Source: an uncultured Ruminococcus sp. (lineage in GTDB: Bacteria; Bacillota; Clostridia; Oscillospirales; Acutalibacteraceae). Taken from it: a stretch of 64,000 nucleotides of DNA. The notes beneath the pieces were generated by a model. That model did no database searches. It saw only the letters and a list, made by a program, of their open reading frames with translations, and was not told the DNA's origin. The position numbers were made by a program, and so were the translations under genes. Positions 56,926 to 64,000 of the stretch are shown one piece after another (the first letter of the stretch is position 1; every line of letters begins with the position of its first letter). Location of the stretch: assembly GCA_902790475.1 (NCBI GenBank), contig CADASG010000004.1, positions 4,373 through 68,372 on the forward strand, written 5' to 3'.

Positions 56926-58695
56926 CTATATTGTAATGGTAATGTTGTTTAATTCCATCGTGCTGAGATACTTGATATCCTTTGCCATTCCGCACACCAT
57001 ACGGATACCGATGTTGCGTGTCTTGTCCTCGTTCTCGTGGAGCTTCAGCCACTCTGTGGGGTCAAATTTGGGACAGTTATCTCTCATTCTCAGCATCCAT
57101 CCGCTGTCAAGACGGATCACGCGCACGTCGATACTGCGCTTTTTGTTACCGTCAAAGCCGAACTGAATGATGTTGTTGCTCAGTTCCTCAACGAACAGTG
57201 ACAGCATCATGCTTTCCTTGGGAGTCGCGCCCTTTTCTTCACAGAATTCTCCCACCGTGGAGGAAGCCGTCACCACGTCTTCTGCCTTTGTTATTGAAAA
57301 GTCAAGCAGATCATCCTCGGAAACACCGAACGGTTCTTTGAGGAATAAATAATTTTTTGCGCAAAAAGGTATACCGCGTTTTTTAACCGCTGCCATGATA
57401 ATGATCAGAATAAGGTTAAGCGACTCGCCGATCAGGAATGACCACCATACTGCGTCGGTATCAAGCACGCCGAACAGTGCAAGAGCAGGGATCACTATAA
57501 ACGGAAAGTTTACAAGGAAACAGATGACGTCTGACATAACCATTCGTCTCATTCCCTGCGTATAGTTGATAAAGGCGACGTTCAGACCGTACACAATGAT
57601 ACTGAGCGCGTAGATTCGCAAGCCTCTTGAAGCAAGCTCGACCATCTTTGCGCCGTCCGCAGAGCCGAATGCGCCAGCGATGGGGGCGGCAAATATCAGC
57701 AATATCGCACTGAGGATACCGCCGACTACAAGCGTAGTCCTGATCGTAACTTTAATCAGCGATTCGGCGGCTGTTCTGTCCTGCTCGCCCAGGATCATTC
57801 CGGCTATCATCGCAGTAGTCATGGCGACGCCGAGCATTGTTGATGAAGTGAAGTTGAACACTGTATTGACTACACCGAGAGCCGCCACAGCCGTACTTGA
57901 CAGCACGGAAGCAACCATGATCTGATTCAGTACCGTGTTGCGCAGCATGGAGGAAGCGGAACCGATCGCTGAGGAGGAGCCGATCGCGAAAATCTCTCCC
58001 AGATCCTTCATTCTTAATCCCTTGAATGAGAATTTGAAAATAATATCCTTTTTTGTGAAATGCAGCAGCATGATCACCAGGGCTGCAAAATAGCTCAGCG
58101 AGGTGGTGAGTCCAATGCCGAGCATACCGCCGTGGATCACCAGAGCGTTCACAAGGTCTCCGGCGATATCCAAAAGGGTCATCACCACGACTGCGACGAT
58201 CACGCGGTTCGGGTCTCCGTCAAGGCGCATGAGCGAATTGAACTCAAACAACAGCAGAACGCAGGGAAAGGAAAAAACCATACCGAGCAGGTAATCGGAG
58301 GTGGGGGCGAGAAGATGAGCGGAATTGCCTCTTGCGCCGAGCAGCACTCCGATCGGTTCTCTGAACACCAGCACTCCTGCCATCATAACCGCCGAGATAA
58401 CTGCCGTAGCGATCATGCACATCGAAAACGCGCGCCTTGCTTTTTGCTTGCTGCCTGCTCCGAGGTGCTGCGCACAGATGATCTGAGCGCCCGTTGCCAG
58501 AATTCCGCTGAAAGCGGTGGCAAGGTTGATGATAGGAGTGACCAATCCGTATGCCGCCATGCTGTCGGGACCGAGAAAACGGCCGATAACAATACCGTCG
58601 ATCACAATGCCGATCATTGTGGCGACCGCCGCCAGAATGATACTGATCACGGAATTGCGGAAAAGTCTGCTTATAATTTTTCCGTTATTCTTCAT
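56926..58695 (-). CDS. MATE efflux transporter fused to C-terminal RsbW-like HATPase domain
   Basis: IDGIVIGRFLG...AAYGL, 12-TM MATE pattern; C-terminus EELSNNIIQFG...RMRDNCPKFDP...NIGIRMV. Confidence 0.85.
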   Translation of the reverse strand: MKNNGKIISRLFRNSVISIILAAVATMIGIVIDGIVIGRFLGPDSMAAYGLVTPIINLATAFSGILATGAQIICAQHLGAGSKQKARRAFSMCMIATAVISAVMMAGVLVFREPIGVLLGARGNSAHLLAPTSDYLLGMVFSFPCVLLLFEFNSLMRLDGDPNRVIVAVVVMTLLDIAGDLVNALVIHGGMLGIGLTTSLSYFAALVIMLLHFTKKDIIFKFSFKGLRMKDLGEIFAIGSSSAIGSASSMLRNTVLNQIMVASVLSSTAVAALGVVNTVFNFTSSTMLGVAMTTAMIAGMILGEQDRTAAESLIKVTIRTTLVVGGILSAILLIFAAPIAGAFGSADGAKMVELASRGLRIYALSIIVYGLNVAFINYTQGMRRMVMSDVICFLVNFPFIVIPALALFGVLDTDAVWWSFLIGESLNLILIIIMAAVKKRGIPFCAKNYLFLKEPFGVSEDDLLDFSITKAEDVVTASSTVGEFCEEKGATPKESMMLSLFVEELSNNIIQFGFDGNKKRSIDVRVIRLDSGWMLRMRDNCPKFDPTEWLKLHENEDKTRNIGIRMVCGMAKDIKYLSTMELNNITITI

Positions 58696-58727
58696 GGAAT
58701 CGTCCTCCATAGGTTCGGGATACTGAA

Positions 58728-58853
58728 GGCAACACCGCACAATTCAAGGCGCACGGCTTGCTTGAATCTTATTCCGTCAGCTTGCCCAAAAAATCTCGGC
58801 AAGGCGACAGCCTTACCTCAATTTTCCGCACACCTGAATTATGCGGTATTGCC
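58728..58853. mobile_element. 126-bp MITE-like element with 19-bp TIRs and 4-bp TSD
   Basis: TIRs GGCAACACCGCACAATTCA / TGAATTATGCGGTATTGCC (17/19); flanked by TGAA at 58724-58727 and 58854-58857; 97-bp identical copy at 6527. Confidence 0.85.
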
Positions 58854-58877
58854 TGAATAGTCTACGCATGAGTTTGA

Positions 58878-59729
58878 TCAATCCTTATTGTTGTTGCCTG
58901 CGATGGTTATGATCAAGTCAAGCACCTTGAGGTACAGCCACAAAATCGTAAAGGAAAGTCCGAACGCCGCCTGCCACTCATATTTTTTCGGCAGCTTGTC
59001 GTTTACAACATGGTCGATCGTGTCAAAATCGCAAATAAGGAAAAGAGCTGCAATGATGATAAATCCAATCGAAGCGGCAATTGAGAGTGCAAAATTGTTT
59101 TGTATCGTCTTAACAAGCGGCTGAACAGCCGGAATAAACGATCCGATAAAGGTAAATAGGGAAGTAGCGATCATGGTGACAAACAGAGTTGTGATCACCA
59201 TTTTGAATTTCTTTGTGACACGGACCACTCCCGTTGTGTAAAGGATCGACATAACGGCAATGATCAGCATGGTGATAAGCAGCGCCAGAAAACCGAGGTA
59301 TTCCAGCTTATATGCGCCCAGAACCTTGAACAGCAAAAAAGAAATGAAGTAGCCTTGGCTCGCGCAGTACAGCGCGCCGGTCACCGGGGTCGTGGAGCGT
59401 AAGAAGAAAGCGAGCAGCTGCAGTAAGATACCGGCTAACAGCACCGCTAATAAAACGATTATTTCGGCGTTAGTGACCGAAACCTTGAAGCCTTTGATGT
59501 TAAGAACGGATGACTCGCCTTCTGCGAGCATCTTTGCCGTGATCGCCTGAGCTAAAATACCTACTGCGCTGAACAGCAGAAAGAACATGGTTTTAAGTGT
59601 GATTCCTCCGTAGGTTGCGCAGTTTGAATCGGCATGTTCATCAACGTTATCAAGCCTGCGCATTATCGGGTTGGATGAAAGAAACGATCGTTTGGTTTTT
59701 TGTTTCGTATTGCTTTGCAGTCTGTTCAT
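58878..59729 (-). CDS. Bax inhibitor-1/YccA family membrane protein
   Basis: SSNP..., T..GI..KT..LL, L..DFD.I...V....PKKYEW.AAFGL..T.LWLYL..L. Confidence 0.85.
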   Translation of the reverse strand: MNRLQSNTKQKTKRSFLSSNPIMRRLDNVDEHADSNCATYGGITLKTMFFLLFSAVGILAQAITAKMLAEGESSVLNIKGFKVSVTNAEIIVLLAVLLAGILLQLLAFFLRSTTPVTGALYCASQGYFISFLLFKVLGAYKLEYLGFLALLITMLIIAVMSILYTTGVVRVTKKFKMVITTLFVTMIATSLFTFIGSFIPAVQPLVKTIQNNFALSIAASIGFIIIAALFLICDFDTIDHVVNDKLPKKYEWQAAFGLSFTILWLYLKVLDLIITIAGNNNKD

Positions 59730-59822
59730 TTTTTCCTCACTTTACGGTATATCTTGCGGAAACAGCGGAATTTTCAGGGCTTTCTCCGATATTTCCGCAC
59801 GATGCCGTACCTTTATATGTTC

Positions 59823-62813
59823 TTATTTTTTCCTTGAAAATACGCCCTTGACGGTTTCAAAGAAATTGCGTTTGCTGTTGTATTTTTTGCGCAGCTCGGC
59901 GATGGTTACATCTGTTTGAGAATTGTGAGTAACTAAGCCCTGAGCCGTTTTTACGAAAATATCCTTGAAGCGTTCCATGCTCTCGTCCTCATAGAGGCTT
60001 GCGGTGTAGTCGATCATAAGCACCAGACCTTCGGCACCGTCGAGGATCTCCATGTCGAGGACTGTCTGCGACGCAGCCTGATTCTGACGGATGTCTATGG
60101 TCTCTATGTCCATTTCCTCAAGACCGCCCATGTCGCGAATATCCTGCTGATAGAGAAGATAAGCCGCCTCGCTGCTGCCGACGCGGTTGTGGATATCTAC
60201 ATAGGGGTAGCAGCTGTGCTCAATGCCCTTCTGTACCTGATCATGAACGTCCGCAAACAGCTCGCGCAGAGTCATCTCGTCTTTAAGCCGCACTCCTACG
60301 GGAAGCTCGCGGAACAGCAGACCGACTGAGTTCATAGCGGTCAGATCTTCGCGGCCGTTGTATATCCAGCACAGCTTAATGTCGTTCTTTTTGTTGTAGA
60401 TCGAAATGGAGAGAGCGGCGACAGCGATAAAGAACTCGTTGCGGCTGATTTTGTAATGCCGTTCCATCGCCTTCATCTGCGGCTGCTCGATACCGATCGG
60501 CGCGAACAGCTCGCCCATCTCGTTTTCGCGCGATTCGTGGTCGGTTTCGGGATAACTTGACCACTCCACTCCGTCAAGACGGTTTTCAAAATACTGTCTG
60601 CTTTCCTCGTAAAATTCGGTCTGAGTCTCGTTCTCGCGGTTTTGCAGTATCAAATAATACAGATCGGGGTCGGGCTGCATCCCCATGTACGCCTTTCCCA
60701 CGTTTTGCATAAACACCTTTAGCGAGGTGCCGTCAAAAATCGTGTGGTGAACGTCAAAGAAAATATAGCCGTGTTTTTCGGTTTCAAAGACGCGGCAGCG
60801 GTGCAGACAGCCTCCGATGATCTTAAACGGCCGCACCAGCGCGTCCTTGATATCGGCAAACTCGAACTCGCTGATTTTCTCTACACGGATATCGCTCAGC
60901 ACCTCGGGGGTGTACCGCTGGATGATATCTCCGTCCTGATTGAAATGAAAGGTCGTAAGCAGCGCCGAGTGGTTGCGGATCGCGGTGCGCATCGCGTCAG
61001 CCATTTTCTGCATATCGAATCTTTCCTTGTCGATACGCATCATGGTAAAGAGGTTATACATCGTTGATTTCGGGGTATAGAGCTGATAGTCAACCATGTA
61101 AAGCTGCTCAACCGTCAGCGGATGATCGGTCTCCATTGCGCGTGCGTTTTTTATTTCGGGCGATTCTCCGTCGTCGGAGAGGTTTTTCTCATACAGCTCC
61201 GCGATCTTCTTCGGTGTTCTTCCGCGGAATATCTCGCTTGCATTCAGTCCGGGCAGACCGCTTTCGGTGATAACGCGAATGGAACCGAGAGAATCTCCGC
61301 CAAGCTCATAGAAATCGTCGTTGATACCGAACTGCTCCAGCTTCAAAACGGCAGCCATTGCGTCGCATAGCTTTTGCTGTATCTCGTTCTCGGGAGCGGC
61401 ATAATCGGTTTTGAAATCGGAAGCGTCGGGCTTAGGCAGTGCTTTCCTGTCCATTTTGCCGTTTCTGTTTAGAGGTACCTTGTCGATCTTGATATAGTAA
61501 GACGGTATCATATAGTAGGGCAGACGCTTTGAAAGCGACTCGCGCAGTTGATCACTGTCTACTTCTATGTCAGCGGTGTAGTAAGCGCAGAGGAAGCTCT
61601 TTCCGTTTTCCTCAAAGCCGCGCGCCGCTACCCAGTCAACTCCGAGCACCTGTTTTACGGAGGCTTCTATCTCGGCAGGTTCAATGCGGTTGCCGTTGAT
61701 CTTTATCATATCGCCTGAGCGTCCGAGAAGCACATAGTTGCCGTTTTCGTCAATGCGCGCCAGATCGCCGGTGCGGTACATGCCGCCGCCAAACGCCCTT
61801 TCGGTCTCCTCGGGGAGATTGATATATCCGCGCACAAACGGGTTTTCAAAGCAAAGCTCGCCGATCTCGCCGTTCTGTGCTTCCTCACCGTCCTCGTTTA
61901 TCAGGCTGATTTTTGTTTCTATTTCGGGCTTTCCGATAGGACAGGTCTCGTATGGCTTGTCGATTTTATACACTCCCACGGCAAAGCCGCTTTCGCTTGC
62001 TGCATAGATATTTATGAGGTCAACGTTTTTCAGATAAACATTATTCGCAGGTTCGCTTCCCACAAAAAGCATTCTCAAAAAAGGACCTGTTTGGTTTCCG
62101 AGCATACGCACATAGGAAGGTGTTAGGAAGGTGATCGTGATTCGCTTTTCAACAAAAAACATTTTCAGCGACATGGGATTTTTGATCGTAGCGTAGCTGA
62201 CAATAAAGATTTTGCCGCAGCAGATGCTCAGCGCTTCCAGAATGACGATAACGGAAGCCACAAAATTCATGGGAGCGAGCAGCGCAAGTCTGTCCTTTCC
62301 GTTAAAGGGATTTTCTCCGTTGAGCCTCACCGATTTGATGGCTCTTTCGATATTGCCGTATTCATGAAGCACGCCCTTTGGATTTCCCGTGGTACCCGAG
62401 GTATATATGGCATAAGCTGCGTCATGTTCGTCTGCGAGCCAGTAACCTTTTATGGCTGTGGTCGCCATGATTTTCTCCCAGTTGGCGGCGCTCAGCTCTT
62501 CCTTGCAGCCGCAGTCCTTTCGTATGTATTCAATACGTTCGGGAGCGTATGTATCCTCAACCAGCGCCCATGCCGCGCCCGCTTTCCATACTCCGATCAT
62601 AGCGATGACCGGCATAACTCCGCGCGGCAGGTTTATGAGAACAAAGTCCTCTTTGCCTATCCCTTTATTGCTCAGATATGCGTAGACCCTTCCGCTGAGC
62701 TCGTCAAGCTGAGCGTAAGTGATACCCTTGGTGTGGGCTTCGTCAAAAAGGATCGCCGCGTTAGGCTTTTCCTTGGAGTACCGGTCAAGCAATTCGAGAA
62801 TATTCATAATCAC
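59823..62813 (-). CDS. Stand-alone NRPS-like protein: adenylation - carrier (T) - condensation
   Basis: A3 YTSGTTGNPKG, YRTGD, GRSGDMIKINGNRIE, A10 NGKMDR; T domain DDFYELGGDSL; C domain HHTIFDG; no TE or R domain. Confidence 0.92.
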   Translation of the reverse strand: MIMNILELLDRYSKEKPNAAILFDEAHTKGITYAQLDELSGRVYAYLSNKGIGKEDFVLINLPRGVMPVIAMIGVWKAGAAWALVEDTYAPERIEYIRKDCGCKEELSAANWEKIMATTAIKGYWLADEHDAAYAIYTSGTTGNPKGVLHEYGNIERAIKSVRLNGENPFNGKDRLALLAPMNFVASVIVILEALSICCGKIFIVSYATIKNPMSLKMFFVEKRITITFLTPSYVRMLGNQTGPFLRMLFVGSEPANNVYLKNVDLINIYAASESGFAVGVYKIDKPYETCPIGKPEIETKISLINEDGEEAQNGEIGELCFENPFVRGYINLPEETERAFGGGMYRTGDLARIDENGNYVLLGRSGDMIKINGNRIEPAEIEASVKQVLGVDWVAARGFEENGKSFLCAYYTADIEVDSDQLRESLSKRLPYYMIPSYYIKIDKVPLNRNGKMDRKALPKPDASDFKTDYAAPENEIQQKLCDAMAAVLKLEQFGINDDFYELGGDSLGSIRVITESGLPGLNASEIFRGRTPKKIAELYEKNLSDDGESPEIKNARAMETDHPLTVEQLYMVDYQLYTPKSTMYNLFTMMRIDKERFDMQKMADAMRTAIRNHSALLTTFHFNQDGDIIQRYTPEVLSDIRVEKISEFEFADIKDALVRPFKIIGGCLHRCRVFETEKHGYIFFDVHHTIFDGTSLKVFMQNVGKAYMGMQPDPDLYYLILQNRENETQTEFYEESRQYFENRLDGVEWSSYPETDHESRENEMGELFAPIGIEQPQMKAMERHYKISRNEFFIAVAALSISIYNKKNDIKLCWIYNGREDLTAMNSVGLLFRELPVGVRLKDEMTLRELFADVHDQVQKGIEHSCYPYVDIHNRVGSSEAAYLLYQQDIRDMGGLEEMDIETIDIRQNQAASQTVLDMEILDGAEGLVLMIDYTASLYEDESMERFKDIFVKTAQGLVTHNSQTDVTIAELRKKYNSKRNFFETVKGVFSRKK

Positions 62814-63115
62814 TCACCTTTATTGTAAGTCAGTATTTCATCAAAACCCGTCACCTCAAACACATCGGTGACGACCTCGCTGACGTTGATCAGCCGCATC
62901 TCGCCCTGATTCATCATCACCTTTTGCAGCGACAGCAGAACCCTGAGTCCTGCGGAAGAAACGTAATTGACGTCTTTAAAGTCCAGCACCAGCTTTGTGA
63001 TCCCGTCTAAATTGGGCTTAACACCTGCTTCCAGCTCAGGCGCAGTAACGGTGTCTATCCGTCCGCTGATCGTAACATTCAGTTTGTTTCCCTCTTTTTT
63101 TCTTTTGATATTCAT
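62810..63115 (-). CDS. STAS anti-anti-sigma factor (RsbV/SpoIIAA-like)
   Basis: GRIDTVTAPELE, LDFKDVNYVSSAGLRVLL (phospho-Ser), VFEVTGF. Confidence 0.92.
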   Translation of the reverse strand: MNIKRKKEGNKLNVTISGRIDTVTAPELEAGVKPNLDGITKLVLDFKDVNYVSSAGLRVLLSLQKVMMNQGEMRLINVSEVVTDVFEVTGFDEILTYNKGE

Positions 63116-63549
63116 TTCCTGTTCTCCTTTGCCTTTGTTTTTTCAATGTTTTTCTTTATTTTTAAAATATTTTTTCCGTCCTTGTAGGTGTACTCAACCA
63201 TCGTCATGGTTTTCTTTACGAGGAAGATCCCCAGACCGCCTTCTTTTCGTTCCTGCGCCGAAAGCTTTATGTCGGGTTCAGCCTGTTCCAGCGGATTAAA
63301 GGGCTTTCCGTTGTCAATAAAGGATATCACGACCGCGAGAGGGGATTCCTCCACTTCAAAGCAGACGGTCGCTTTTCCGACGTCGGGACTGTAGGCGTAC
63401 CGGGCGATATTACCGAACAGCTCGTCGATCGCGATAGTTATCTGGATCTGAGCCTTCAAAGGGCAGTCAAGCCGTTCCAGCTCCGCCGTGATAAAATCCG
63501 TTACAGGTTCAATGTTTTCCACTGCCGCTTCAATAGTTAATTCTTTCAT
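63112..63549 (-). CDS. RsbW/SpoIIAB-like serine kinase (anti-sigma factor fold)
   Basis: AIDELFGNIARYAY, IDNGKPFNP, GGLGIFLV. Confidence 0.9.
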   Translation of the reverse strand: MKELTIEAAVENIEPVTDFITAELERLDCPLKAQIQITIAIDELFGNIARYAYSPDVGKATVCFEVEESPLAVVISFIDNGKPFNPLEQAEPDIKLSAQERKEGGLGIFLVKKTMTMVEYTYKDGKNILKIKKNIEKTKAKENRK

Positions 63550-64000
63550 ATCTCTTTACCTCTGTAATGAATACACAACATTGTCAAATCGTCAAACTGC
63601 GGCTGATCCTGAACAAACCTTTGAACGTCCGCGGAAACCGCTTCAAGAAGCTGCTGCGGCGCTGCGTCCTTGTTTTTGTTCAGCGTTGCGAGAAACCTGT
63701 TGTAGCCGTACTGTGACTGCGACCTGTCCTCCGCTTCGGGAACGCCGTCGGTATACACGAAGATTTTTGTTCCGGGTTCAAGCGTGGTCTGTGTTTCCCT
63801 GTAGCTTATCCCTTTGATCCCTCCGACTACAAAGCTGTGCTTGCTTTTATGAAGCTCAAAATCTCCGCCGGCGGTTTTTATGATCGGATATTCGTGACCC
63901 GCGTTAGCGGTTGTCAGGGTACCGTCGCTCAAATCGAGAATCCCCAGCCATACGGTGACAAACATCTCCTGCTGGTTATTCTCGCAAATCTGATTGTTAA
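63546..64000 (-). CDS. PP2C/SpoIIE (RsbU-like) phosphatase, 5' part outside the window
   Basis: EMFVTVWLG, ANAGHE, YTDGVPEA, QFDDLTML; the frame stays open to the window edge (NNQICENNQQEMF). Confidence 0.9.
   Translation of the reverse strand, partial: NNQICENNQQEMFVTVWLGILDLSDGTLTTANAGHEYPIIKTAGGDFELHKSKHSFVVGGIKGISYRETQTTLEPGTKIFVYTDGVPEAEDRSQSQYGYNRFLATLNKNKDAAPQQLLEAVSADVQRFVQDQPQFDDLTMLCIHYRGKEI

Noticed and set aside
58060-58860. 266-aa + strand ORF sharing LNLIPSACPKNLGKATALPQF with the N-terminus of the 6561 ORF
   Set aside because: Antisense shadow of the MATE gene running into the MITE; the shared peptide is just the repeated element.

Overview
64 kb of chromosome from a spore-forming gut or rumen clostridial bacterium. 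It is most likely a Ruminococcus bromii-like starch degrader, inferred from dockerin-bearing GH13 enzymes. Housekeeping blocks (prfB, thrH, dnaD/dnaC-like, tRNA-Gln/Pro, ilvE, dnaG-rpoD, rpmE, T-box thrS, murD, cotJABC) alternate with accessory DNA. (1) A ~7.8 kb decayed island at tRNA-Pro carries an integrase remnant and a type I-C CRISPR-Cas locus. Its interference genes are intact, but one deletion fused the cas4 5' end in frame to the cas2 3' end and removed cas1; the array has 10 repeats and 9 spacers. (2) Amylosome-type genes: two tandem pullulanases with different anchors, a GH13 amylase with CBM26-dockerin-CBM26, and a giant LRR-dockerin protein. (3) A 126-bp MITE-like element with TIRs and a 4-bp target duplication, plus partial relatives at four other sites. 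(4) A divergent two-component system and VTC/DUF4956 pair with mirror-image TTTAAG boxes. (5) At the right end, running off the window, a translationally coupled operon: PP2C phosphatase, RsbW-like kinase, STAS and a stand-alone A-T-C NRPS whose A domain lacks the amino-binding Asp. It is followed by a BI-1/YccA protein, a MATE-HATPase fusion and a carboxylesterase, and is the best candidate for an undescribed system. All calls come from motif reading by eye; no database searches were run.
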